Shown: positions 23,403-33,633, counted from the stretch's first letter. The stretch is 35,606 nucleotides of DNA from Candidatus Micrarchaeota archaeon (GCA_964532715.1 CAZHIX010000002.1:1-35606), one strand, 5' to 3'. The notes: generated by a model from the sequence alone, not told the origin. A program made the numbers and translations.

Positions 23403-24677
23403 ATGGGTGAAAAAGTAATTCTTGCATACAGTGGAGGGTTGGACACCTCAGTCATTCTAAAATGGCTTTTGAATAAGGGCTACGATGTAGTTTGCTTTAT
23501 GGCAAATATCGGTCAAAAAGAAGATTTTGAACTTGCAAAGCAAAAAGCTCTTACAATCGGGGCATCAAAAGTCTATATTGAAGATCTAAGAGAAGAATTT
23601 GTAACCGACTATATATTCCCTGCAATTCGTGCAAACGCTGTTTATGAGGGAAGATATCTTCTTGGGACTGCTCTTGCAAGACCACTAATATCAAAAAAAC
23701 AAATTGAAATTGCATTTGCTGAAGGTGCTCAATATGTTTCTCATGGGGCAACTGGAAAAGGAAACGACCAAGTGCGTTTTGAGCTCTCATACTATGCACT
23801 AAATCCACAAATAAAAGTCATTTCTCCATGGAAAGATGCAGAATTTCTCTCTGAGTTCAAGGGGCGAAGTGATATGATTGATTTTGCCCAAAAAAACAGC
23901 ATACCCATCAAAGCAACTTCTTCAAAACCGTATTCTGAAGATGGAAATTTAATGCACTTATCTCACGAGGCCGGAATATTGGAAGATCCAATGTATCGCC
24001 CAGACGATAGCGTTTTCGAATACTTAAAAGTTCCAAAGAATGCACCTGATAGTGAAACTATAATCCAAATCTATTTCAAGGACGGAGACCCGATAAAAGT
24101 AGTAAATATGTCTGATGGAACAATAAAAGATTCTCCTCTTGAATTATTTGAATATTTAAACAAAATTGGCGGGGAAAACGCAATCGGGATTTTGGATATG
24201 GTTGAAAACCGTTATGTCGGAATAAAAAGTCGTGGTGTATATGAGACTCCTGCTGGGGCAATACTCCAAATCGCACATCGTGATTTGGAAGGACTTGCAA
24301 TGGACAGAGAGGTAATGCATCTGCGAGATATGTTCATTCCTGAATTTGCACGGCTTATATACAATGGATATTGGTTTTCTCCAGAAATGGACTTTTTGAT
24401 GGCTGCATTTAATCAATCTCAAGAGGCAATTGACGGAAAAGTAGTTTTATCATTATACAAAGCAAATGCAACTCCAATCGGGCGCGAATCTCCAACTTCA
24501 CTTTACAACAAAGACCTATCAAGTATGGATTCAGAGGGTGGTTTTGATCAAACCGATTCTCGTGGCTTTATCAAAATAAACGCAATCAGATTAAAAGCAC
24601 ACAATCTGTTGTTGCACAAAAAACTCCAAACATACAAACCTCGTGGGTATCGGTATGGTAGAATAGGCGTAAAATAA
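23403..24677 (+). CDS. argG: Argininosuccinate synthase
   Basis: [10 protein letters not shown]-loop, [31 protein letters not shown]. Confidence 0.95.
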   Translation: MGEKVILAYSGGLDTSVILKWLLNKGYDVVCFMANIGQKEDFELAKQKALTIGASKVYIEDLREEFVTDYIFPAIRANAVYEGRYLLGTALARPLISKKQIEIAFAEGAQYVSHGATGKGNDQVRFELSYYALNPQIKVISPWKDAEFLSEFKGRSDMIDFAQKNSIPIKATSSKPYSEDGNLMHLSHEAGILEDPMYRPDDSVFEYLKVPKNAPDSETIIQIYFKDGDPIKVVNMSDGTIKDSPLELFEYLNKIGGENAIGILDMVENRYVGIKSRGVYETPAGAILQIAHRDLEGLAMDREVMHLRDMFIPEFARLIYNGYWFSPEMDFLMAAFNQSQEAIDGKVVLSLYKANATPIGRESPTSLYNKDLSSMDSEGGFDQTDSRGFIKINAIRLKAHNLLLHKKLQTYKPRGYRYGRIGVK

Positions 24678-24836
24678 TTATCAAAAAAGAACATTACAAC
24701 TATCAAAAGCTATAAAAACCACAACTAAAGATTCAATGTAAGTTGAATCGTAGTTATGTAAGAAGTTGGCATGCGCAATTATGGGGTTTATGTGCATATC
24801 CATTTTTTTGCAAAATTAATAGGATGGGGGAAACTC

Positions 24837-26018
24837 ATGAAAATCTGGGATAAAGGTGTGTCACTTGATGCACAAATAGAATCATATACTGTGGGTAATG
24901 ATCATATAGTAGATTTACATTTTCTAAAATACGATTGCATCGCTTCAATTGCTCATGCAAAAATGCTTTTTAAAATCGGTGTTTTAACAAAAAAAGAATT
25001 GGACGTTCTAACAATTGCGCTAAACGAAATAATAGATCTGAGTGCAAAAAACAAATTCAAAATTGAACAATCTGACGAAGATTGTAGTAGCGCTATTGAA
25101 AAATATCTGGTTTTTAAATGTGGGGACGCCGGCAAAAAAATTCATACTGCTCGCTCAAGAAATGATCAAATTCTCACTGCAATACGACTATATGAGCGTG
25201 ATTCATTATATCAAATAACTACGTTATCTAATGCGTTTATTCGCTCATGTAAAAATGCAATAAAAAAATGGGGCAATCTGAGTATGCCCGGCTATACTCA
25301 TATGCAACGAGCAATGCCAACAACTGTTGGGGATTGGATTGGGTGCTATCACGATGCAATGAAAGACAACTCTTATCTAATTGATGCCAATCAAAAACTC
25401 ATAGATCAAAGTCCTCTTGGGACTGGCGCAGGATACGGTATTCCTGTTTTTGAAATTGATCGCAATTTTTGTGCAAAAGAGCTTAATTATTGCAAAGTAT
25501 TGCAAAATCCAATATATGCTCAACACACCCGCCCAAAATTTGAAGCATCAATATTATCTGCGCTCTGTGCAATAAATTATGATTTAAACAAATTTGCGAC
25601 TGATCTTGTTCTTTTCAATACTCAAGAGTTTGGTTTTATCAAATTGCCCAAAACTTTCACTACTGGTAGCTCAATAATGCCACAAAAGAAAAATCCTGAT
25701 GTATTAGAACTAATGAGGGCAAAATATCACATCGTATTAGCGGATGAATTGAAAATAAAATCATTAATGTCAAATTTGATGTTTGGGTACAATCGAGATG
25801 CTCAACTTACAAAAGAACCCCTTGTAAATTCAATAGAAATAACTAAATCCAGTCTTAAAATAGCCTGTTTACTTCTTGATAAAATAGAGTTTGATAAAAC
25901 AAATTTGCAAAATGCGACAAGTGATGAACTTTATGCAACCAAACGTGCGTATGAGCTTGCAAAAAAAGGAGTTGCATTTAGAGATGCATACAAACAAGTA
26001 GGGGGTAAATACGTTTAA
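24837..26018 (+). CDS. argH: Argininosuccinate lyase
   Basis: It has the fumarate-lyase signature GSSIMPQKKNPD, plus TARSRNDQ and PGYTHMQRAMP. I take the ATG at 24837 (MKIWDKG) rather than the upstream 24771. Confidence 0.9.
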   Translation: MKIWDKGVSLDAQIESYTVGNDHIVDLHFLKYDCIASIAHAKMLFKIGVLTKKELDVLTIALNEIIDLSAKNKFKIEQSDEDCSSAIEKYLVFKCGDAGKKIHTARSRNDQILTAIRLYERDSLYQITTLSNAFIRSCKNAIKKWGNLSMPGYTHMQRAMPTTVGDWIGCYHDAMKDNSYLIDANQKLIDQSPLGTGAGYGIPVFEIDRNFCAKELNYCKVLQNPIYAQHTRPKFEASILSALCAINYDLNKFATDLVLFNTQEFGFIKLPKTFTTGSSIMPQKKNPDVLELMRAKYHIVLADELKIKSLMSNLMFGYNRDAQLTKEPLVNSIEITKSSLKIACLLLDKIEFDKTNLQNATSDELYATKRAYELAKKGVAFRDAYKQVGGKYV

Positions 26019-26067
26019 TATTTTAATCTAGTCCATTTCACTTCAAATATTTTTGCAAAAAATTCAA

Positions 26068-26754
26068 TTATGTTTTTTTCAAAAGAGAAATAAATGAGCG
26101 AACCTCTAATTCGTCTGGCATGGCTCTTGCTATTACTCGTTTTATCGCCATTTGCATTTTCTTTGAACTCTTTATATTCTGGGAACTTGAAATTTTTTGC
26201 AATATTAATTTTTTCAAATACATGTACTCATTTGCATCTGCACGTTTTTTTGCACCCCTCACCTTTCTCTCTCTTGCACAAAGCTCATACAGCACTATGC
26301 CCATCGCATGTGTCAGGTTAAGAATTGGATACTTTGCATCAGTAGGTATGGTAATCAACAAATCACACAAATCAATCTCATGCTCGTTTAGTCCAATTCC
26401 TTCTCTACCAAAAAGTATGGCTATCTCTCCGTCAACTGCACACGCTTCAATATGCTCTGAAAATTTTTTTATTGAAAGTGGGTGGCGAACTGTAGTCCTG
26501 TTTCTTACTTTTATTCCGCTTGTGCCAACAACCATTTTGCATCCTTTTATTGCGTCCTCCACGCATTTGTATATCTTTGCTTTTTCAAGCATTTTTTTTG
26601 CGTGTTTAGCATGCATCGTTGCAGTAAATCCAATATGACAATCTGGGTTTACTATGTGCATTTGTTTCTGTCCAAAATTACAAAGAAGTCTTGCACTGGC
26701 TCCCAAATTTGCTTCATACTCTGGCTCAACCAAAACAAATCTATATTTATTCAT
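26068..26754 (-). CDS. SpoU/TrmH-family RNA 2'-O-methyltransferase (TrmJ-like)
   Basis: FVLVEPEYEANLGASARLLCNFG, LFGREGIGL and PILNLTHAMGIVLYEL are SPOUT motifs 1-3. Confidence 0.8.
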   Translation of the reverse strand: MNKYRFVLVEPEYEANLGASARLLCNFGQKQMHIVNPDCHIGFTATMHAKHAKKMLEKAKIYKCVEDAIKGCKMVVGTSGIKVRNRTTVRHPLSIKKFSEHIEACAVDGEIAILFGREGIGLNEHEIDLCDLLITIPTDAKYPILNLTHAMGIVLYELCARERKVRGAKKRADANEYMYLKKLILQKISSSQNIKSSKKMQMAIKRVIARAMPDELEVRSFISLLKKT

Positions 26755-26764
26755 AACATCATTC

Positions 26765-27358
26765 TCAATTAGCTAAATGTATATCATAAACATATATTTT
26801 CTCAAAAAAGAAACTGTCTTGTGCCACAATCTTAAATTCACAACCAAGTTGGTTTATTTTTTTATCAAGTTTTGATACGTTTTGTTTAGTTGAAACTATA
26901 ATTAAGATTCTTCCATTTTTTCTAATGTATTTTTTTGCATCTTGCAAAAATCTAAACACTGTATCTAACCCACTTTTACCGCCATCAAATGCAAAATTCA
27001 ATTCACTTTTTATCTTCTGTGTTTTTGTTGTTGGTAAATACGGAGGATTAAATAAAATAAAATCAAATTTTTTTCCCCCAACTTTTTCAAACAAATCTGA
27101 TATTCTAAAATCAATTTTTACATTGTTGTTCTTAGCATTTTTTTTAGCGTCTTCAATCGCATTTGGGTTTATATCAACTGCAATAATCTTTGTTTTTGGG
27201 TTTTGTTTTGCCAAAGATATACAAACAATTCCACTCCCACAACCAATTTCAAGCACATCTCCACTACATTGTTGTACTGCAACTTTTGCAAGTAAAACCG
27301 AATCTTCATATGGTGGGTAAACACTATCTGAATACCCTATGTCTATATCTTCAAACAT
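26765..27358 (-). CDS. HemK/Mtq2-like class I methyltransferase (NPPY motif)
   Basis: VLEIGCGSG SAM motif, DIN acidic loop, LFNPPYLP. Confidence 0.8.
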   Translation of the reverse strand: MFEDIDIGYSDSVYPPYEDSVLLAKVAVQQCSGDVLEIGCGSGIVCISLAKQNPKTKIIAVDINPNAIEDAKKNAKNNNVKIDFRISDLFEKVGGKKFDFILFNPPYLPTTKTQKIKSELNFAFDGGKSGLDTVFRFLQDAKKYIRKNGRILIIVSTKQNVSKLDKKINQLGCEFKIVAQDSFFFEKIYVYDIHLAN

Positions 27359-27363
27359 GAAAA

Positions 27364-27969
27364 TCAGAGGCTCTCAATCCACTTTTTTGCTTTTTGTAAT
27401 TCTGAACCTGCGCGCACAATAGTTTTTAATTCAACATCTATTATGGTGGATGCGTCTTTGTATAATGTGTCGCCTTCATCTACAACTAAATCTGCCATTC
27501 TCAAAAGACGTTTATCAATTTCATATACATTTGTAGGGCTTTTAGCTCCACTAATATTTGCCGAAGTACTCACTATTGGGTTTTCAAATTCATTACATAT
27601 TTTTTTACAAAACTGATTATCTGCAATTCTACAACCAAGAAACCCACTATTTTGTGATTCTATTTTCATCTTTGATCTAAGCAAGAATGTATATGGTCCT
27701 GGAGTTATCTGTTCAAGTTTTTCTCTAATTTCTTCATTTAGGTGCACATACTCTCGTGCGTTATCCCACGAAGAAAAAAGCACCGAGAATGGTTTGTTTT
27801 CACTTCTTTTTTTAATTTTCATAATCTTTTCGATTGCGTTCTTATCTAGAGCATCACAACCAAGCCCATATAATGTATCTGTCGGGTAAATAATTACGCC
27901 TGCACTGCTCAATTGTGCATTTGCAAGTATTATCGCCTGTTCGTATGGGGGGCACGTGATTATCTGCAT
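27364..27969 (-). CDS. tsaC: Sua5/YrdC/TsaC threonylcarbamoyl-AMP synthase (YrdC domain only)
   Basis: IIYPTDTLYGLGCDA, KIKKRSENKPFSVL, STSANISG, STIID. Confidence 0.85.
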   Translation of the reverse strand: MQIITCPPYEQAIILANAQLSSAGVIIYPTDTLYGLGCDALDKNAIEKIMKIKKRSENKPFSVLFSSWDNAREYVHLNEEIREKLEQITPGPYTFLLRSKMKIESQNSGFLGCRIADNQFCKKICNEFENPIVSTSANISGAKSPTNVYEIDKRLLRMADLVVDEGDTLYKDASTIIDVELKTIVRAGSELQKAKKWIESL

Positions 27970-28063
27970 ACTGTTTTTTTGTACTTTGTATTTTAAAACA
28001 CATTATTGCACCTTTATGGTGCATACTGCTTGTTTTTATAACTCGCCAAGTATTTGATTATAT

Positions 28064-28780
28064 ATGCAAAAAAAAGCTCAAATGACCATAGAATTTACTG
28101 CGGTTTTGGCTATAATGTTAATTTTGTTACTTTTGATAATTGTTCTTGTAGCGAGTACTCATTCAAAACAAAACATACAAGTTCAATATACTATGGCAAA
28201 TGATGCTGTTAAAACTCTTGGCGCGGCTGCCAATTCTGTCTGGTCTCAAGGGTACGGTGCAGTTGAACATAAACAAATCTTAATCCCAGAATCTGTAGTT
28301 TTATCCTCTAGTTATATCTCAAACAACTCTATAGTTTTATATGTTTCAAACTTTGCAGATGCTCTTGATATAACCAACGCAAATGTATCTGGAAATTGGC
28401 CTGCGCAAACCGGTTCTGTTGTAATGGCCGTGCGCAACAACAAAACGCACGTTTTAGTCTTTCCCGCATCAATGGTTTCTGTGAATGTATCTGGAGTTTA
28501 TTTTAATTCAGCAAGTTCGGTTCAAATTCTAATCTCCAACCAAGGTTCTCAAGACTATACCGTTCGTTCGGCTTTAGTAAAACCTGCTGGTTCGTGTCTT
28601 ACTAGCACATCTTCTCAAGGAGTAGTTCTTGCAGGGCAATCTACGACTCGTCAAGTATTTTCAACTTTGTGTTCATCTGGGTTGCATTCGGCTTTTTTAC
28701 AAATAAACGCAACTGCGCCTGCGGGTTCAAAACATGAGAATGTAACCTTCAATATTCCAATAACTGCGAATATTCCTTGA
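28064..28780 (+). CDS. Secreted or pilin-like protein with a class III (type IV prepilin-like) signal peptide
   Basis: The N-terminus is MQKKA|QMTIEFTAVLAIMLILLLLIIVLVA: a basic n-region, small residue, Glu at +5 of the predicted mature end and a long hydrophobic helix. The rest is Ser/Thr/Asn/Val-rich and beta-like. Confidence 0.6.
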   Translation: MQKKAQMTIEFTAVLAIMLILLLLIIVLVASTHSKQNIQVQYTMANDAVKTLGAAANSVWSQGYGAVEHKQILIPESVVLSSSYISNNSIVLYVSNFADALDITNANVSGNWPAQTGSVVMAVRNNKTHVLVFPASMVSVNVSGVYFNSASSVQILISNQGSQDYTVRSALVKPAGSCLTSTSSQGVVLAGQSTTRQVFSTLCSSGLHSAFLQINATAPAGSKHENVTFNIPITANIP

Positions 28781-28803
28781 TTGTTAATATTTTTGTGATA
28801 TAT

Positions 28804-29532
28804 ATGGCTACAAAACTTGTAAGTGTATCATTGCTTTTGAACAACAAAAAGAAATGGGCAAAAAATCTAAGTATTCAGATTCGCAACTTTCTAATAAAAA
28901 ACGATGTAGAAGTTTTAAGTGCATTTTATGCTCAAAGTGCCCAAGTACTCATAACTATAGGTGGAGATGGGACAATTCTTTACCATAAGTCAAAATTTTC
29001 TCAACCAATATTTGCAATCGGCTCACAATCATCTTTCATATGTAATGCATGTGAAAAAGATTGGCAAAAAAAACTTGAACCCATAATAAAAAATGGTTTT
29101 GAAACCGAGACGCGAACAATGCTTTCTTCTTGGCTTGATAATAAACGTTTACCTGATGCACTAAATGAAGTTGTTATAAGAAATCGTGAGCACAGAATTC
29201 TTAATTTACGTTTATTTTTGGCAAAAAAAAGATTTGTATTTCAGGCAGACGGGATACTTTTTTCAACGGCTACCGGTTCGTCTGCATATGCGTATTCGTG
29301 TGGGGGTTCTGAAATGAATCCTCTTTCAAAAGATTATCAAGTAGTTGCAATTGCACCTTATCGCAGAAGGTTTTCTCCTATATTCGTACCTTCCACTATG
29401 ACTTGTGAAGTTCATGTGGATTCTACCTGCACCGCCGATGCTGTAATAGATGGGCAATATGAAGTTGCGGTTAAACGCAAATGTGTTTTAGTAATAAAAG
29501 TAAGCACGCGAGAATTTCTGTTTGTGAGATAA
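28804..29532 (+). CDS. nadK: NAD kinase
   Basis: TIGGDGTILY, NEVVI, DGILFSTATGSSAYAYSCGG. I take the ATG at 28804; the listed TTG at 28777 overlaps the previous gene. Confidence 0.85.
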   Translation: MATKLVSVSLLLNNKKKWAKNLSIQIRNFLIKNDVEVLSAFYAQSAQVLITIGGDGTILYHKSKFSQPIFAIGSQSSFICNACEKDWQKKLEPIIKNGFETETRTMLSSWLDNKRLPDALNEVVIRNREHRILNLRLFLAKKRFVFQADGILFSTATGSSAYAYSCGGSEMNPLSKDYQVVAIAPYRRRFSPIFVPSTMTCEVHVDSTCTADAVIDGQYEVAVKRKCVLVIKVSTREFLFVR

Positions 29533-29575
29533 TAAAACTAAATAAAAATAAAAAATAATAAAAAATAAATCAGAC

Positions 29576-31609
29576 TTATGCAAGTCCAATTCCTTTTCCA
29601 ACTAAAATTCCTGCTACAATAATAGCAACTATATTCGCTACTTTGAGTAGTGGATTTATTGCAGGTCCTGATGTGTCCTTGAACGGATCTCCAACTGTGT
29701 CTCCTACAACTGCTGCTTTATGGGCTTCAGAGCCTTTGTGTCCAGAGTGTTCAATTGATTTTTTAGCATTATCCCAAGCACCGCCTGCATTAGACATGAA
29801 TATTGCCATCAAAAGTCCTGTGCTAATAGCCCCGCCTAAAAATCCTCCAAGTCCAGCCACCCCCAAAGTTATCCCAACTACAATCGGGGTTCCAATTGCT
29901 AACACTGCTGGTCCAATAAGCTCTCTTATTGCTGCTTTTGTAGATATATCTACGCATCGTTCATAATCTGGTGTTTTTTCGCCCTTCATAATTTTTCCAT
30001 CTGCAAACTGTCTTCTAACTTCCTGAACAATCTCAGACGCGGCTTTTCCAACTGAAAGCATTGTAAGTGATGAAAACAAGAAGGGTACGCATGCTCCAAT
30101 CAAAAGACCAATAAATACTGGTGGCTGTGCAATGTCAATAGCCGAAAGTTCTGCCTCTTGTATGAATGTTGAGAAAAGTGCAACTGATGCAAGTGCAGCA
30201 GAACCTATTGCAAATCCTTTTGTAAGTGCTTTTGTTGTATTCCCGACTGAATCCAAAATGTCTAAGCGTTTGTTTGCATTTTCAGGTACGGATGACATTT
30301 CTCCTATTCCTCCTGCATTATCTGCAATCGGTCCAAATGTGTCCATAGCCATCAAAAATCCAGTGGTGCCAAGTATTCCTATTCCTACTAATGCAACACC
30401 ATAAAACCCGAGCAAGTAATATCCTACTCCTATCGCGCCTGCAATAACTATTGTTAATGCAACTGCCGATTGCATGCCAATTCCAAGCCCAGATATTACA
30501 TTTGTCCCTGCACCTGTTTTTGATGCCTCTACAATATCTTTTACTGGTTTTGATTCAGTTCCCGTATAATATTCTGTAAGTTTTGCAATCAAAACTGTAG
30601 CAACAAGTCCCACGACCGTTGCTCCAAATGCTTTTGGCGCAGTCTGTTCATCTAAAAGCGCAAATGAAATTGCGCAAAATATTATTGCCGCAAGTATTGT
30701 TGAAAGCCAAAATCCTCTATTTAGGGCATCCATTGGGTTTTCTTTTTCACTGTTTACCTTCACAATCTGTGCACCCAAAATTGACGCCACAATCCCTCCT
30801 GCATGTAATAAAAGTGGAAATATTATTCCTGCAGTTCCAAATGCAATTCCACCTAAAATCATGGCTGCAACTACAGCAACTGTGTAAGATTCAAAGACGT
30901 CTGCGCCCATTCCAGCGCAATCTCCTACATTATCTCCTACGTTGTCTGCAATTACTGCTGGGTTTCTTGGGTCATCTTCTGGAATGTTTGCCTCAACTTT
31001 TCCAACCAAATCTGCTCCAACGTCTGCGGCTTTTGTATATATGCCTCCCCCTACTCTCATGAAAAGTGCCAAAAGATTTGCTCCAAATCCAAGCCCAATA
31101 AGTGCAGTAGAAACCGTCTTAATATATTCGTGCGAATCTGTTCCAACGAATAAATATGCACTTGTCAAAACTACAGTGGATACTCCTAAAAGTCCAAGTC
31201 CCACAACTGCCATTCCATTTACTGCTCCTGATTTAAACGCCATCGCAAGTGCATCATTAAGTGATGTTTTTGATGCCTGTGTAGTTCTAACATTTCCTCT
31301 CACTGCCAAATACATGCCAATATACCCTGCCAGTGCGGATAAAATCGCCCCGAGTAAAAATGCACATGCAACAAATATCCCCAAAAAGTACCCAAGAAAA
31401 ATCGCAACTATGACGACTGGGAGTACTATCGTGGTAAACTGTCTTTTCAAATATGCATTTGCACCTTTTCTTATGGCCATAGATATCTCAATCATTTTTT
31501 CGCTTCCTTGCGGTTTTGACAAAATCTTTTTTGACAAATAAAGTCCATACAATAATGCAATTATCGCAACAACCGGTGCGATAAGTATAAGTGTCATATC
31601 CATCTCCAT
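29576..31609 (-). CDS. hppA: Membrane-bound H+-translocating pyrophosphatase, K+-independent-type signature
   Basis: It is a 677-aa polytopic protein with GDNVGDCAGMGADVFESY, DNAGGIGEM, GNTTKALTKG and GDTVGDPFKDT. SD GAGGTGA lies upstream on the minus strand. Confidence 0.95.
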   Translation of the reverse strand: MEMDMTLILIAPVVAIIALLYGLYLSKKILSKPQGSEKMIEISMAIRKGANAYLKRQFTTIVLPVVIVAIFLGYFLGIFVACAFLLGAILSALAGYIGMYLAVRGNVRTTQASKTSLNDALAMAFKSGAVNGMAVVGLGLLGVSTVVLTSAYLFVGTDSHEYIKTVSTALIGLGFGANLLALFMRVGGGIYTKAADVGADLVGKVEANIPEDDPRNPAVIADNVGDNVGDCAGMGADVFESYTVAVVAAMILGGIAFGTAGIIFPLLLHAGGIVASILGAQIVKVNSEKENPMDALNRGFWLSTILAAIIFCAISFALLDEQTAPKAFGATVVGLVATVLIAKLTEYYTGTESKPVKDIVEASKTGAGTNVISGLGIGMQSAVALTIVIAGAIGVGYYLLGFYGVALVGIGILGTTGFLMAMDTFGPIADNAGGIGEMSSVPENANKRLDILDSVGNTTKALTKGFAIGSAALASVALFSTFIQEAELSAIDIAQPPVFIGLLIGACVPFLFSSLTMLSVGKAASEIVQEVRRQFADGKIMKGEKTPDYERCVDISTKAAIRELIGPAVLAIGTPIVVGITLGVAGLGGFLGGAISTGLLMAIFMSNAGGAWDNAKKSIEHSGHKGSEAHKAAVVGDTVGDPFKDTSGPAINPLLKVANIVAIIVAGILVGKGIGLA

Positions 31610-31679
31610 CTTTTCACCTCATATTTAATTACAAATAAGTACTAACCTTCATGACATTAGCTTTTTGCATATTTAAAGC

Positions 31680-32108
31680 CTACGCAAAACAAATAGCGTG
31701 ATTATCTCTTAGTATTACTGTTTTTATTTGCTTTTCTTTAAGTCTAAATCTAAGAATCTTATCGTTGGTGGCTACCCAAGCATTACTTGATTGAGCGATA
31801 TCCAATATTGTGTCATCTGCTTTTTTACCTGATTCAACAATCAAAACTTTATTCTTTAGCATAAGTTTGTCAATTAATTCAATTGCACTTTTTGATGCAA
31901 TCGCTTTTTTTGCATTATTTTTTGAGTTTGCCATCATCTTAAGCTCATCATAAACTGGAGTTGGCAAAAGTATGACAAATGGCGTATATTCAAACGTATC
32001 TTCAAGTCCAGCTATTACATCAACTCTGTGTTCAAATGGCAACAGCCAAAAATTAGTATCAAGAATTATTTTTCTAAAATTCTTGTTTGTGTCCAATTCT
32101 TTTTTCAT
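31680..32108 (-). CDS. PIN-domain protein, archaeal Fcf1/Utp24-like (COG1412-type)
   Basis: ILDTNF (first acidic residue), VYDELK, DDTILDIA, VATNDK..R.RL: the PIN acidic quartet pattern. Confidence 0.7.
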   Translation of the reverse strand: MKKELDTNKNFRKIILDTNFWLLPFEHRVDVIAGLEDTFEYTPFVILLPTPVYDELKMMANSKNNAKKAIASKSAIELIDKLMLKNKVLIVESGKKADDTILDIAQSSNAWVATNDKILRFRLKEKQIKTVILRDNHAICFA

Positions 32109-32153
32109 ATTAATCTACACCTGTGTCGTTTCCTTCTATATAGTTTATACTAC

Positions 32154-33581
32154 TCAAATCACTTTTGATAGCAAGCTCTCCACTAATTTTATTATCTGAT
32201 CAATAATTGTATTCTCTTCTCTTAATTTATCAATTGACTTTACTGCATTATTTATTTTTTGCTGTTTTTGTTCAAGCTGTTCATTTGCATATGCTAAAAG
32301 TACTTCACTTTCAATGAGCTTTGCTTCATTAAATTTTTGTTCAACAATTCCATCTTGCATTGGAAAAACCAATGTAGAATTAAACTCAACATACTTATCA
32401 TAAATCTGTTTGGAAGTTTCAATCTCTAAATCCATTTGTTCAAGCGTGTCTTCAATTTTCTGAGTCAATTTTTTTAGTTTGTTTATTTTCTCAACACTGT
32501 CATTAATCTCAACTAATATATCTGTTGCTTCAATCTCAAGCCCTTTTCCTATATTTATTGCATTATAATATTGCCCATTTTCAGTCATATTCTTTATTTC
32601 TAGCCATTCCTGTTCCCAGTTCGCATATTTTTCAACGTGTTTTTGTTTATCTATTGATCCAATCTCTTCTTGTGCAAGTGTGCGTGTAATTTTTGCATCT
32701 AATTTACTCAAATTAGAATTAATTTTTGAAAAAACTTCTTGTCTTTGTTGTAAATATGTTTTCCATTCCTGTGTTCTTTTTGATATATCCACTGCTCTTT
32801 CATCTTCGTATTGTTCTGAAAGCTTATTTGCCACCTGCTTCCATTCTAAAGAATTTTTTTCAAACTCATTAATTTCAAAACCAGTTTTTGGGCAATATTC
32901 ATAACAGTCTCTATACCCTCCAAACCCACACCCTTCATCTTCTATGGTCAATAAAAGTGCACTATTTTCAATTTTATCAATATTCTCTAATATCTGCTCA
33001 ATAGTTTCATGCACATATAATGCATTTTTTTGTTCAACTTGTGCGTTTTGCAAATGCTCACTTAAGTTCTGCATACTTTTCAAAACAAATTCACTTCTTT
33101 TCTTATAATCAAACATGCATTCCCAAAATCCGTCTGCATAAACTGCAACTGACGATATCGGGGTTGAGAGGCCTGCCAGCAAACAACTATCTTTATCATA
33201 ACAGTCGTATCTATCCATTCCTGTCATTTTGTAACATTCGTCTTTTGCTTGTTTAAATGACTGTTGATTTGCATAAATAAGCTCATTTGTGGATTTAGTT
33301 GCATTGTTAAATCCACTGGCAATCGCCATATTTTTTTTCAATACTTTATAAATATCTTCAGAATGCTCAATGAGTTTGCCATCGGTTCCGATAACCAACG
33401 TTTCTTGTCCTTCAATCGTGATTATAGTAATCTGTCCATTGTCATCTAACAGTATCTGTTCTGTATAATCAAGCTGAGGTTCAATATATTCTGATGGTGC
33501 GTATGCATAGGTGTTTGCAACTAAACACGTCCAAACAAGTAAGCTAATCATGCTAATTAGTGTTTTAGGTTCATTTCTCAT
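32154..33581 (-). CDS. Secreted hypothetical protein with a Cys-containing N-terminal domain and a long Glu/Lys/Gln-rich coiled-coil C-terminal half
   Basis: An N-terminal signal-like helix is present (LISMISLLVWTCLVANTYAYA). No family was recognised. Confidence 0.65.
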   Translation of the reverse strand: MRNEPKTLISMISLLVWTCLVANTYAYAPSEYIEPQLDYTEQILLDDNGQITIITIEGQETLVIGTDGKLIEHSEDIYKVLKKNMAIASGFNNATKSTNELIYANQQSFKQAKDECYKMTGMDRYDCYDKDSCLLAGLSTPISSVAVYADGFWECMFDYKKRSEFVLKSMQNLSEHLQNAQVEQKNALYVHETIEQILENIDKIENSALLLTIEDEGCGFGGYRDCYEYCPKTGFEINEFEKNSLEWKQVANKLSEQYEDERAVDISKRTQEWKTYLQQRQEVFSKINSNLSKLDAKITRTLAQEEIGSIDKQKHVEKYANWEQEWLEIKNMTENGQYYNAINIGKGLEIEATDILVEINDSVEKINKLKKLTQKIEDTLEQMDLEIETSKQIYDKYVEFNSTLVFPMQDGIVEQKFNEAKLIESEVLLAYANEQLEQKQQKINNAVKSIDKLREENTIIDQIIKLVESLLSKVI

Positions 33582-33633
33582 ATACTTGTTTCAAATCATA
33601 ACATTATAATCTTTAGGATGCATTTAGATTCTA

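Noticed and set aside
24730-24749. The hairpin GATTCAA-N6-TTGAATC between argG and argH, as a regulatory RNA element
   Set aside because: It is a single short AT-rich 7-bp stem with no flanking conserved structure. It is equally consistent with chance or a weak terminator and is not enough for a call.
24771-24836. The N-terminal extension of ArgH from the listed start at 24771
   Set aside because: ArgH homologs begin close to the MK.W..G motif. The extension (MRNYGVYVHIHFFAKLIGWGKL) has no counterpart and overlaps the likely promoter/SD region.
29643-31541. Four ORFs (107, 90, 147 and 199 aa) on the + strand inside hppA
   Set aside because: They are antisense shadow frames of a strongly supported, relatively GC-richer membrane-protein gene. 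They have no start signals and low-complexity translations.
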